Assembly: GCA_963532115.1 (NCBI GenBank)
Contig: CAUSJG010000002.1
Coordinates: 12,550-76,549 of the forward strand
Direction: 5' to 3'
Origin: an uncultured Candidatus Saccharimonas sp.
Lineage (GTDB): Bacteria; Patescibacteriota; Saccharimonadia; Saccharimonadales; Saccharimonadaceae
DNA: 64,000 nt
Shown: piece by piece, positions 20,369 to 29,538 of the stretch
How the letters are laid out: the number at the start of each line of letters is the position of its first letter
Numbering within the stretch: position 1 is the stretch's first letter
Position numbers and translations under genes: made by a program
Notes under the pieces: model-generated
Told to the model about the DNA's origin: nothing
The model's input: only the letters and a program-made list of their open reading frames with translations
Databases searched by the model: none

Positions 20369-20395
20369 AAAAACTCCTTCATGAGAGGAGTTTTT
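20369..20395. terminator. bidirectional intrinsic terminator
   Basis: AAAAACTCCT-TCATGAG-AGGAGTTTTT, between convergent genes. Confidence 0.8.
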
Positions 20396-20410
20396 AATTT
20401 TTTAAAAATC

Positions 20411-20914
20411 TTAATTTGAAGAAGAAAAACAATATAATCCGCCAGTTTCAAGTCTTGTAAGTAAAATGAAATTCGTTGCATTAAAAGGTTTGTCAACGAA
20501 TCTACCAGCCTCGCAATCAGCGTTTGAGTTGTAGTAAATTTCACCAATTTCAAGATTATCTTGGCCAACCCCTGTCCCACAATTCACCTTACTTCCACAC
20601 TTTAAAAACGTGTAAAATTGCCCTGTACTTGGATCCAAAAACTCACTCTCGTGGGGCCTTAGATAGTTTTTAATAAAATTTTCAAGCTCATTATTAGTAT
20701 CATAATCACTCACGTAATTACCTTTATCGTTCGTTCTCGACTCCTCTAAAATTGCCGCAATTTTTGAAATAACCTGTTTTCTTTGAGTGTCCCTCTGCGA
20801 ACGCTGCAATGCCGGTAGAGCCAAAAATACCATTAGAAATATCAGGCCAGCAATCGCAAGAACTAAAACAACTTCAATAATTGTAAAACCACTATTTAGC
20901 TTAAGCTTTTTCAT
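20411..20914 (-). CDS. type IV pilin-like protein (paralogue of 3328-3846)
   Basis: Trimmed to ATG 20914: MKKLKLNSGFTIIEVVLVLAIAGLIFLMVF. The N-terminal ~45 aa are nearly identical to the other pilin; the C-terminus is divergent. Confidence 0.85.
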   Translation of the reverse strand: MKKLKLNSGFTIIEVVLVLAIAGLIFLMVFLALPALQRSQRDTQRKQVISKIAAILEESRTNDKGNYVSDYDTNNELENFIKNYLRPHESEFLDPSTGQFYTFLKCGSKVNCGTGVGQDNLEIGEIYYNSNADCEAGRFVDKPFNATNFILLTRLETGGLYCFSSSN

Positions 20915-20950
20915 ACTCTTCAATTATAGCACACTCTCTAAAAAAGTCAA
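20912..20950 (-). promoter_or_regulatory. sigma70-type promoter abutting start codon (leaderless-type)
   Basis: Minus strand TTGACT-16 nt-TGCTATAAT-tgaagagt-ATG. Confidence 0.6.
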
Positions 20951-20952
20951 TC

Positions 20953-20980
20953 AAAAATCGCCCAAAATTTGAGCGATTTT
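20953..20980 (-). terminator. intrinsic terminator (conserved repeat copy 3)
   Basis: Minus strand AAAAUCGCUCAAAUUUUGGGCGAUUUUU after rplS. 27/28 nt identical to the copy at 16765. Confidence 0.75.
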
Positions 20981-21026
20981 AATTTTATAAAAACAATTAA
21001 GCTTATTTGGCTTCTTCAGTTTTTTC

Positions 21027-21443
21027 TTACTTAGCTTCAACTTTTTCTTCAGCTTTTGGAGCTTCAGGCAAAGTATTTACAGCTTCACGGTCAAAAGAAA
21101 CTTGTTTAAGACGAGCACTTTTACCACTTCGGTTTCTTAAGAATGAAAGGTAATTTCGGCGAACTTTCGAACGGCGAACAATTTCAATCTTTTCAATTAA
21201 CGGGCTATGAAGAAGGAAAGATTTCTCAACTCCAACACCGCTAGCAATTTTCCGAACAGTAATTCGAGAAGTATGTGATTTCTTGCGGTCAGTTCGAATA
21301 ACTACACCTTCGAAAATCTGGATTCGCTCTTTATTACCTTCTTTAATTTTTTGGTGAACGCGAACAGTATCGCCACTTTTAATATCAAGAACGGCTTCTT
21401 TTTTCTGTGCGTCATTAACTTTTTTGATTAACTCAAAACTCAT
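21027..21443 (-). CDS. rplS: 50S ribosomal protein L19 (with C-terminal extension)
   Basis: From ATG 21443 (MSFELIKKVNDAQKK...GDTVRVHQKIKEGNKERIQIFEGVVI...). Confidence 0.93.
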   Translation of the reverse strand: MSFELIKKVNDAQKKEAVLDIKSGDTVRVHQKIKEGNKERIQIFEGVVIRTDRKKSHTSRITVRKIASGVGVEKSFLLHSPLIEKIEIVRRSKVRRNYLSFLRNRSGKSARLKQVSFDREAVNTLPEAPKAEEKVEAK

Positions 21444-21518
21444 ATTTTCCACTCACTTTTAAATTTAATATATACAATCAAGATTCATTATATCATACTT
21501 TTTAGTTTTTGTGAAGAG

Positions 21519-23147
21519 CTAAATTACACGATTTACTTCTTCAATAGTTGTATCACCACGAAGTGCCGAAATCACGCCCTGCTGTAAAAGGGTTAACAAG
21601 CCATCTTTGCGAGCTTGAGCCTCAATAGCTTCAGTTGAAATCACGCCTCTTTCACCGCGTAAAAATGCTGCAATATTATCGTTCACAACCATCATTTCCA
21701 TAACCACAATTCGCCCCTTATAGCCGAACGGACTATCTTCTGAAGCTACTGGCTTCCAAAGTTTAAAATCTCCAGAAATATCTTGTGGGAGTTTTTCAGC
21801 TGGGACACCTTCAAGAACGTTTCGAACCCATTTTTTAGTTGCTTCATCTGGGATATATTCTTTAGCATTTTTGTCGAGCTTTCGAACAAGTCGCTGAGCA
21901 ATCAAAAGTCGAATCGCGCTCGAGAAAATTGGATTCATACCAATCATATCAATCATACGCGAAAAAGCCGCACTCGTTGAATTGGCATGAAAACTTGAAA
22001 GTACCAAGTGGCCAGTAATTGAAGCCTGAATTGCAGTCTTCGCCGTGTCATTGTCACGAATCTCGCCAACCATTACAACATCTGGGTCAAGACGCAAAAC
22101 AGAACGTAATCCGTCAGCAAAACTAGCTCCATGTGTTGTATCAATCGGAATTTGCGAAATTCCACCAATACCATATTCGATTGGATCTTCAAGCGTAATA
22201 ATCTTGCGATCAAGCGTATTTAAGGCATTAAGCATAGAATAAAGAGTTGTTGACTTACCAGAACCAGTTGGTCCAACCATCAAAACCATCCCACGCGGGT
22301 GCGAAATAATTTCATCAATTTCGGCTCGCTCTTTTGGCGCAATTCCAAGCAAATCAAGCTGAAGCATACTTTCATCAAAGTTAAATAAACGCATTACCGC
22401 ATCCATTCCGTACATTGTTGGCACAGTTTCAACACGCAAATTCAAAAGATGCGAAGTTCCGTCACGATAAATATCCTTCTGCATATGGCCAGACTGGGAA
22501 GTTTTTGAAGCGCTCGACACTCCCGCTCGCGAAGAAAGTTCACCCATAATAACACGGTATCGATCTCGCCCAAGCTCAGCAACTGGGTGGAGCGCACCAT
22601 CAACACGCATTCTAATTCGAATCGTCTGGCGTTGATTTTCGATGTGGATGTCGCTTGCGCCAAGCCTATCTGCTTGATCAATCAGATAATCAAAAACCTG
22701 ATCGGAAGCAACATTTGCCAAAGTTTGGCTAACCTTATCTAAAGTAGCACTATCGCCCTCACCGGCAATTTCAATATCGTCATAAACAACCTTTTTCGGC
22801 GGGTCATAACGCCGCATAATATTCTTCCATGCACTTTCAGAAACCAAGAAAAGCTCAAGAGTCTTGCCTTCATCTTGATATTTTTTACTTAATTTTTGAA
22901 TAACTGAGCGTGGAGTTAAGCTGGTGATCAAAACTCGCCAAGGCTTATTTTCATCAATATCACCAATTTGAAGTGGCGCCAAAAATGCCCTATACATCTG
23001 CTCATTTGTAAAAAGATCTCTCGCGAGAGGAAAAGTATCTTCGAAATCTCGCGTATCAAGATACGTTAACCCAAGGATTCTAGCCCGTTGCTCGGTCGCT
23101 TCTTCTTCCTTTTGCCTACGTATTAGCTGAACTTTATTTTCTTCCAT
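21519..23147 (-). CDS. pilB: type IV pilus assembly ATPase (GspE/PilB family)
   Basis: 542 aa; Walker A GPTGSGKST, Asp box, Walker B and His box of secretion ATPases. Confidence 0.92.
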   Translation of the reverse strand: MEENKVQLIRRQKEEEATEQRARILGLTYLDTRDFEDTFPLARDLFTNEQMYRAFLAPLQIGDIDENKPWRVLITSLTPRSVIQKLSKKYQDEGKTLELFLVSESAWKNIMRRYDPPKKVVYDDIEIAGEGDSATLDKVSQTLANVASDQVFDYLIDQADRLGASDIHIENQRQTIRIRMRVDGALHPVAELGRDRYRVIMGELSSRAGVSSASKTSQSGHMQKDIYRDGTSHLLNLRVETVPTMYGMDAVMRLFNFDESMLQLDLLGIAPKERAEIDEIISHPRGMVLMVGPTGSGKSTTLYSMLNALNTLDRKIITLEDPIEYGIGGISQIPIDTTHGASFADGLRSVLRLDPDVVMVGEIRDNDTAKTAIQASITGHLVLSSFHANSTSAAFSRMIDMIGMNPIFSSAIRLLIAQRLVRKLDKNAKEYIPDEATKKWVRNVLEGVPAEKLPQDISGDFKLWKPVASEDSPFGYKGRIVVMEMMVVNDNIAAFLRGERGVISTEAIEAQARKDGLLTLLQQGVISALRGDTTIEEVNRVI

Positions 23148-23244
23148 TAACTTAATTTTAACACAAGCACTTTATTTTTTCAATCAAAAATGCTAAAATA
23201 TTCTCATCGCTTCAAGCGAAATTTTTAGAATGAGGTAAGAAAAA

Positions 23245-23586
23245 ATGCACCTTAAAGAATCTTTAGAACATATAGTTCTGGCAAGCAGCCGGGATGTTCG
23301 AAAACTCGAAAATACCGATATTCCAAAACTTGACTGGAATTCATATCTTCAAATCGACGGTGAGTTCATAGTTGAAATTGGCGTGACTCGGCAATATTCT
23401 GCTTTTATAAAAATTTACAGCATCAATAATCCCAGCCCAAGCACAGCTTTAATAGAAGTTAAAAAAGAATACTTGGAAGATTATTATAACTTTAAGCTGG
23501 AAATCGGAAAAGTTTCGAAGGAAGTAGAAAAATACACTTTCGAACTTCTTGGTCGCACTTTTTCGCTTCTAAATTCCTCAAGATAG
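23245..23586 (+). CDS. hypothetical protein
   Basis: 113 aa; GAGGTAAG RBS. A TGCTAAAAT -10 element lies about 50 nt upstream. Confidence 0.55.
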   Translation: MHLKESLEHIVLASSRDVRKLENTDIPKLDWNSYLQIDGEFIVEIGVTRQYSAFIKIYSINNPSPSTALIEVKKEYLEDYYNFKLEIGKVSKEVEKYTFELLGRTFSLLNSSR

Positions 23587-23596
23587 AAGCCATTTT

Positions 23597-23622
23597 GAGC
23601 CTTCGGGCTCTTTTTATTTTTT
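23597..23622 (+). terminator. intrinsic terminator
   Basis: GAGCC-UUCG-GGCUC + UUUUUAUUUUUU. Confidence 0.85.
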
Positions 23623-23630
23623 AAAAAATC

Positions 23631-23650
23631 TGCTAAAATAGAAGATAATG
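23631..23650 (+). promoter_or_regulatory. extended -10 promoter abutting start codon (leaderless-type)
   Basis: TGCTAAAAT-agaagata-ATG. Confidence 0.5.
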
Positions 23651-24205
23651 AAAAATCCTAACTCTTTCGAAAATCAAAACCGTGCACAAAATCGTGAAAT
23701 TATTGTTTTAGCGCACAATATTCGCTCAACTCATAACATTGGTGCGATTTTACGAACTAGCGAAGGTTTTGGTGTTTCAAAAATTATCTTCAGCGGATAT
23801 TCGCCCTTCCCAATTTTAAAGGACGAAAATTTTCAAAAAACTGGCCGTTTACCACACATTGCACAAAAAATTGATTCACAAATTCATAAAACTGCACTCG
23901 GGACTGAAAAAATTGTTCCAGCTGAAATTTCTAAAGATATTTTTAAAACGATTCAAAATCTAAGGAGTCAAGGTTTCGAAATCTTTGCGCTCGAACAAAG
24001 CAAAAAATCAATCTTTTTAAAAGATTTTATAGCCAATGAAAATGCCAAAATTGCCTTACTTTTGGGTGAAGAAGTTGAAGGAATTTCGAAAGAATTGCTC
24101 GATTTATGTGATAAAACTCTTGAAATTCCAATGTTTGGCCAAAAAGAAAGTTTCAATGTTTCAGTTGCAACCGGAATAGCCCTTTATAAAATTGCTTGCG
24201 AATAA
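23648..24205 (+). CDS. SpoU/TrmH-family RNA 2'-O-methyltransferase
   Basis: 185 aa; NIGAILRTSEGFGV, LLLGEEVEGIS and IPMFGQKESFNVSVATGIALY motifs. Confidence 0.88.
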   Translation: MKNPNSFENQNRAQNREIIVLAHNIRSTHNIGAILRTSEGFGVSKIIFSGYSPFPILKDENFQKTGRLPHIAQKIDSQIHKTALGTEKIVPAEISKDIFKTIQNLRSQGFEIFALEQSKKSIFLKDFIANENAKIALLLGEEVEGISKELLDLCDKTLEIPMFGQKESFNVSVATGIALYKIACE

Positions 24206-24742
24206 TTATTTTTCAATTTTTGCTCGGGCTTTTTCAAGAATTTTTAATGTAACTTCTGGTGAATCTGTAAAATCTTCAGGGTACTCTTCAATCATTTTTC
24301 GAAACTCTTTAAAATTCACTAGCTTAATTTCGGCAACTTCATCACGCGCAATTACTAATTCTTCAAGATTAAAATTCGTTTTTGCGGCAAAAACTTGCAT
24401 AAAACGCCGCTTATTTTCTTTAGTATGAATAAAAACCTTTTCAACTTTAATAAAATCTTGAAACCGCAAGTTCAAACCAATTTCTTCGATAGTTTCACGA
24501 TGAATCGCATCCAGATAACTTTCGCCAATCCGAACATGACCAGCCGCCGCCGAATTTTGCCATTTTCCGGCAAATGTAGCTTTCGAAAAAGATCGCCGTT
24601 GAATCAAAAAATCACCATCTAAATTAAATAAAATTAACGAAACCGTTCGATAAATTCGCCCCGTAGTTTTATCAAATTCAGCCTTATTAATTTCGTCAAT
24701 AATTTTATCATTTTCATCAACAATCGGTAAAATTTCTTTCAT
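24206..24742 (-). CDS. NUDIX hydrolase
   Basis: 178 aa; Nudix box GHVRIGESYLDAIHRETIEEIGL. Confidence 0.88.
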   Translation of the reverse strand: MKEILPIVDENDKIIDEINKAEFDKTTGRIYRTVSLILFNLDGDFLIQRRSFSKATFAGKWQNSAAAGHVRIGESYLDAIHRETIEEIGLNLRFQDFIKVEKVFIHTKENKRRFMQVFAAKTNFNLEELVIARDEVAEIKLVNFKEFRKMIEEYPEDFTDSPEVTLKILEKARAKIEK

Positions 24743-26062
24743 CTAAACCTCGTCTTCAGCAACTTCTGTGAAGCTACTAAAAAAGTCATCTTTGGTTTTT
24801 TCCCATTTTTCATCCTGACGAACCAACCATTTTTCATCATCTTTATTTAAAAGCAGGATTTTTGTAGCCTCCTCTAGGTAAATTTCACCTTGAGAACCTT
24901 TAAGTAGAACCAAAGCCCCTCGCTCCATAATCTTGTGAACAAAAGTTCCCGCATCAATTGCATTTTTTGCTTCATAAACCTGACAGCCTCGCAATCTTGC
25001 AGCTGGAGCAAGAAACTTATTTGCATGCTCACCAACAGTAATCACCCAGGAAAGAGAAATCCCGTCAAGCATTTCACCTATTTTTTGATGTTCGAAAGCA
25101 GAAGCTTCGCCAAGCTCATTCATACTTCCAATAACTGCAATTTTCGAAGGTGCAGAGAGAGAATAAAGTGTTTGAATCGCGGCTTCTAATGCGGCCGGAC
25201 TCGAATTATAAGTATCGTCAATTAAAACAGAGTCTTTAACGCCTCGCATAAAATTCATTCTACCGGGAACTGGTTTCAAACTTGCCAAACCACCTACAAT
25301 TTCTTGTGGGTTCAAGCCAAGCTTAATAGAGACCGCTACTGCACCAGTAATTGGCCTGAGAGAATGCTCGCCAAAAACTTTTGCTCGAACATTAATTTCA
25401 CCACATTCTGGAGTTTGAATTTTACCACTAAAGCCATCGAGTAAAGAGAAATTATTAGCTATAAAATTATAGTTAGCCCCACCAACCGAGCTATAAGTTG
25501 CAATATTAGAATTTCGAACATATTTAAAAAAATCTGGCAAAATATCATCTTGATTTAAAATTGCCATTTTAGCAAAACTCGCAGCTTCAAGCTCTTCTTG
25601 CGCAACAGCATCGATACTTCCAAAAAACTCCATATGTTCAGGAGTGACAGAGGTAATTACTGCAATATTTGGAGCAAGATATTTACTAAACTGTTCAATA
25701 TCACCGGGGTGGTCAGTTCCAAGTTCTTGAATGATAATTTGTGGCTCTTGATCACTCGGTGATTTAATTCGCTTTCTTGCAGCTTTAAAAACTCTATGCC
25801 ATTCCCAAAAATTACGAGGATTTCCGGGAAAATTTATTCCCAAAATTGCCAAAGGGGCACTCAAATGTGTATTGTGGTTCCCCTCGTGTAATCGTACACG
25901 ATATTTCTGGCTCAAGATAGTTGCAATTGCAAGTTTTGTACTAGTTTTTCCAACAGAACCAGCAACCGTAATCAATTTAATGTCTGGGTGAGTTTCGAAA
26001 TATTTTCGAACATATTTTTCAAGTTTTCTTTGAATTCCTTTTTTAAACATAATCTTATTCAT
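24743..26062 (-). CDS. murF: Mur ligase family protein, probably UDP-MurNAc-tripeptide--D-Ala-D-Ala ligase
   Basis: 439 aa; P-loop VAGSVGKTSTK, Mur ligase middle and C-terminal regions. Confidence 0.75.
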   Translation of the reverse strand: MNKIMFKKGIQRKLEKYVRKYFETHPDIKLITVAGSVGKTSTKLAIATILSQKYRVRLHEGNHNTHLSAPLAILGINFPGNPRNFWEWHRVFKAARKRIKSPSDQEPQIIIQELGTDHPGDIEQFSKYLAPNIAVITSVTPEHMEFFGSIDAVAQEELEAASFAKMAILNQDDILPDFFKYVRNSNIATYSSVGGANYNFIANNFSLLDGFSGKIQTPECGEINVRAKVFGEHSLRPITGAVAVSIKLGLNPQEIVGGLASLKPVPGRMNFMRGVKDSVLIDDTYNSSPAALEAAIQTLYSLSAPSKIAVIGSMNELGEASAFEHQKIGEMLDGISLSWVITVGEHANKFLAPAARLRGCQVYEAKNAIDAGTFVHKIMERGALVLLKGSQGEIYLEEATKILLLNKDDEKWLVRQDEKWEKTKDDFFSSFTEVAEDEV

Positions 26063-26241
26063 TATAATATAAAATCACCACTTTTTCAAGCAGTGATTTA
26101 TTTGTTGATGTGTGCCCACCCTGGGCGGTTTTTGTTATTTATTTTTATTTATAAGTGTTATTTAGGGGGAGAAAACAAATATCGCCCTTGATAACACATC
26201 AACTATAATAAAATTATAGCAAAACGTTTAAGCTTTGTCAA
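26063..26241 (-). promoter_or_regulatory. consensus promoter plus ~145-nt structured leader upstream of murF
   Basis: Minus strand TTGACA-17 nt-TGCTATAAT (26213-26241). A 10-bp closing helix GUUGAUGUGU/ACACAUCAAC (26194-26203 with 26104-26113) encloses GGGCG...CGCCC. A hairpin plus U-tract (26072-26099) then ends 9 nt before the ATG. Confidence 0.5.
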
Positions 26242-26244
26242 TAA

Positions 26245-27057
26245 CTATTTTAAAAAAGGTTTATTTTCACTAACTTGAGTTAATAATTCATCATTCGAAA
26301 AATCTCGGCGAATATCAAATTCTTCCCAATCTCCATATTTTCCGTCAGCTTCACTCAAATTCAAAACCCTCCGCCAAGCAAAATTTTCACGAACATCACT
26401 CGCATTCATTGGATTGATTCTTGAATACTCAATTGCCCCCAAATTTGGTACATCGTAAATATCTCGTATTCGATTATCATTCCACTGTTCAGGCAAAAAT
26501 CCTTCAATTAAATAACAAGCGGATTGAATCAACTGTTTATGAGAAACAATCAAAACATTCTGGTTCGAATCCTCTCTCTTTAAACGCTCGCAAAAACTTC
26601 GAAAACGCAAATAAACATCAAAAATACTCTCACCACCATCAAGCCGCATAAAAAATGGATCATTATAAAGGTATCTCATTGTAATTGGAAAATTATCAAC
26701 TCGCTCATTCATATCCACGCGACCAAAAATTCCCCAGTTTCGTTCTGAGAGTAAGTCATCAATCTTCCAGAAATGGCAATTTTCTCCACTTAAAATTGCA
26801 GCAGTTTCTCTTGCTCGAATAAAAGGTGAGGTATATTTCGAATCAAAAAAATCCAAACTTCCATAAATTTTCGAAAGTTCTCTCCTTGCCCTCTCAGCCT
26901 GCTCTTTTCCTTTCGGCGAGAGCCGCTGCCGCCAGTCTGCACGCGCCTCAACCTTTTTTTCTAGATCAATTTTTTGCCCGAGCTTTTGAGCGTGCTGAAC
27001 AATGTTAGCCTCACTTTGCCCGTGCCGAATCATCACTAGTCGCAGCGGATTTGCCAT
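26245..27057 (-). CDS. histidine phosphatase (phosphoglycerate-mutase-like) family protein
   Basis: 270 aa; catalytic RHGQSEAN motif at the N-terminus. Confidence 0.8.
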   Translation of the reverse strand: MANPLRLVMIRHGQSEANIVQHAQKLGQKIDLEKKVEARADWRQRLSPKGKEQAERARRELSKIYGSLDFFDSKYTSPFIRARETAAILSGENCHFWKIDDLLSERNWGIFGRVDMNERVDNFPITMRYLYNDPFFMRLDGGESIFDVYLRFRSFCERLKREDSNQNVLIVSHKQLIQSACYLIEGFLPEQWNDNRIRDIYDVPNLGAIEYSRINPMNASDVRENFAWRRVLNLSEADGKYGDWEEFDIRRDFSNDELLTQVSENKPFLK

Positions 27058-27136
27058 TTTTTCCTTTCTTTTTATTTAAAAATTCTTAAGCTTTAAATAT
27101 ATTATATCACAACGTATACTTTTTCGAAAGTGCATT

Positions 27137-27174
27137 TTGTAAATAGGCCTCAAAAATGGTATAATTATAAAATG
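27137..27174 (+). promoter_or_regulatory. sigma70-type promoter abutting start codon (leaderless-type)
   Basis: TTGTAA-17 nt-(TGG)TATAAT-tataaa-ATG. Confidence 0.55.
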
Positions 27175-27987
27175 AATCTAAAATCTTGGCGAAGAAAGCT
27201 AAAAAATGAATTTATCGATATTGACGGTAATAAAATTTCAATATATAAAAATTTAGAAGAAAGTAAACCGATCGCTGTCCTTTTTCATGGTTTTGGCGGA
27301 AACTATTTTGGACTAACTCCACTTGGATTTGAGCTTTCAAAAAAATATTCAATTATTATTTGTGAACTACCCGCTCACGGTAAAAGTTCACTTAATACCT
27401 TTCAAAATATCGATATTTTTCGAATTTTCTACCAAAAGATGATTTCAAAACTTAGCAATTTTGGTGAAATTAATCTTATTATTGGCCACTCTTTTAGTTC
27501 TTATTTTGTCAGCGATGATGAGATTTCGAAAAAAATTCCAACCATTATTATAAATCCTGTTTTTGAGCCCAGCGATTCATTTTTAGCTGGAATGAAATTA
27601 TTAAATAAATCTAGATTTTTAATGATTTTTTCAAATCTACCAGTTTTCTCACCTTTTAAAGCAGCCACTCTCCAAAAAACTTGGTCGCTTGAAGCAAATA
27701 AAAATATTTATCAAAATATGTTTTTATGTCAAAACTCAGCAAAGAATTTACTCGCACAAAAATCAACAATCCCAATCGCACTTGATAAAAAAGTATTCGA
27801 AACCGAGAATTATATCAAAATTGCTATTATTGGTGATAAAGACGGAACAGTTCAGCCTTTTAATGAAGAGGAATTTCGCAAAAACTTCCCTAAATCAGAT
27901 TTTCATATTCTTGAAAATTCTGGCCATTTATCACCAATGGAAAAACCGCGAGAAATTGCTAAAATTATTTTCGAAAATATTAAATAA
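27172..27987 (+). CDS. alpha/beta hydrolase
   Basis: Trimmed to ATG 27172 (MNLKSWRRK...). HGFGGN oxyanion region and GHSFS nucleophile elbow. Confidence 0.8.
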   Translation: MNLKSWRRKLKNEFIDIDGNKISIYKNLEESKPIAVLFHGFGGNYFGLTPLGFELSKKYSIIICELPAHGKSSLNTFQNIDIFRIFYQKMISKLSNFGEINLIIGHSFSSYFVSDDEISKKIPTIIINPVFEPSDSFLAGMKLLNKSRFLMIFSNLPVFSPFKAATLQKTWSLEANKNIYQNMFLCQNSAKNLLAQKSTIPIALDKKVFETENYIKIAIIGDKDGTVQPFNEEEFRKNFPKSDFHILENSGHLSPMEKPREIAKIIFENIK

Positions 27988-27988
27988 A

Positions 27989-28012
27989 CTCCGCTTGTCA
28001 CGGAGCTTATTT
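27989..28012. terminator. terminator hairpin between convergent genes
   Basis: CTCCG-CTTGTCA-CGGAG + CTTATTTTT. Confidence 0.6.
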
Positions 28013-29470
28013 TTACATTTTTTCAATTTCTTGTAGTGAATTTTTAAGGCGTTTTACGCTTTCGTCCTTACCAATTGCTCGCAGAGTTTGGTTTAGGGCT
28101 GGCGAAAATGGAGCCCAAGTTAATGAAATTCGAATAATCTGGAATAGAATTCCCGGTTTCTGGCCAGTCTTTTCAAGCAACCTATTTAGCAATTCTTGGA
28201 TTTTATCATCATTCCAATCCTCAAGCTGTTCAAACTCAGAAATAACCAAATTCAAAAGTTCAACGATTTGCGATTTTTCAAGTTTTTTAAGTTGCTTATT
28301 CTTCGAAATCATCTCTAAATCGGCGTCTTGTTCAGTAAAGAAATATTCGCTAGCAAGCGGGAGATCCTTAAGTGTTTTTAAGCGATCAAAGACTAGACCA
28401 AGAACTTCCCTTTTGTATTCCTCGCTAGCATTCTTAGCATTTTCTCCCCAAAAATCTTGCACACGCTCAACTAGATCTTCAAGAGAAATTTTGCGAATCC
28501 ACTGGCCATTGAGCCACAAAAGTCGCTGTTCATCAAACCTTGCCCCAGATTTTTGCACACGATCAAGAGAGAATTTTTCGATTAACTCTTCTTTAGTAAA
28601 GATTTCTTGTTCAGTACCGTCATTCCAGCCAAGTTGAGCTAAAAAGTTTAGCATTGCTTCTGGCAAAATTCCATCTGCTCGATATTCGCTAACACTTTTT
28701 GCCCCATCGCGCTTACCAAGTTTTTTATTACCTTCCGGAGCTAGGATATGCGGTAAATGAGCTAAAATTGGCGGCTTAATTTCAAGCGCCTCATATAACG
28801 AAAGGTATTTTGGAGTGCTAGCAACATATTCTGAGCCACGGATTACATGTGTAACTTTCATTTCGAAATCATCAACAATGTGTGCAAAATTATAAGTTGG
28901 AAGGCCGTCTGCTTTAATTAAAATAAAATCATCTAAAGCCTCAGGACCAGCTGAAAGCTCACCCATTACAGCATCGTGCCAAGTATAACGTTTAATTTCT
29001 GGTGTCTTAAAACGGAGTGGTATTCCAAGCTTCCATTCTGGTGGATTTTCGGGGCGATGGTCGCGATATAAAAATGCACGTTTTTCAGTTTTAGCTTTTT
29101 TTCGAAATTCTTCAACTTCTTCTGGTGAATATGGATCAGCATAAGCTAAGCCTTTTTCAATCATTTTGTGTGCCCATTCAAGATATTTTTCACGACGCTG
29201 AGTTTGATGATATGGCCCAAAATCACCTTTTTCTTGATCTTTTTCGCCATAAATTGGACCTTCGTCCCAATCTAAACCAAGCCATTTTAAAGTATCAAGG
29301 ATTAAATCTTCCGCACCATCAACAAATCGAGCTTGGTCGGTATCTTCAATTCGTAGAATAAAATCTCCGCCAGTCTGCTTGGCGATCAAATAAGGGTAAA
29401 GTGCGCTTCGAACATTTCCAACGTGAATATAACCAGTTGGACTTGGCGCAAAACGAGTTCTTGCTTTCAT
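28013..29470 (-). CDS. gltX: glutamate--tRNA ligase
   Basis: 485 aa; class I motifs (APSPTGYIHVGNVRSALY as HIGH region; KLGKRDG as KMSKS). Confidence 0.96.
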   Translation of the reverse strand: MKARTRFAPSPTGYIHVGNVRSALYPYLIAKQTGGDFILRIEDTDQARFVDGAEDLILDTLKWLGLDWDEGPIYGEKDQEKGDFGPYHQTQRREKYLEWAHKMIEKGLAYADPYSPEEVEEFRKKAKTEKRAFLYRDHRPENPPEWKLGIPLRFKTPEIKRYTWHDAVMGELSAGPEALDDFILIKADGLPTYNFAHIVDDFEMKVTHVIRGSEYVASTPKYLSLYEALEIKPPILAHLPHILAPEGNKKLGKRDGAKSVSEYRADGILPEAMLNFLAQLGWNDGTEQEIFTKEELIEKFSLDRVQKSGARFDEQRLLWLNGQWIRKISLEDLVERVQDFWGENAKNASEEYKREVLGLVFDRLKTLKDLPLASEYFFTEQDADLEMISKNKQLKKLEKSQIVELLNLVISEFEQLEDWNDDKIQELLNRLLEKTGQKPGILFQIIRISLTWAPFSPALNQTLRAIGKDESVKRLKNSLQEIEKM

Positions 29471-29515
29471 AATTATCTATTATACTTTAATTTTTATTTT
29501 TTCTCAACCCAAAAC

Positions 29516-29538
29516 AAAAAGTAGCCAAAAGCTACTTT
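29516..29538 (-). terminator. intrinsic terminator
   Basis: Minus strand GUAGC-UUUUG-GCUAC + UUUUUGUUUU, starting right after the stop codon. Confidence 0.65.
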
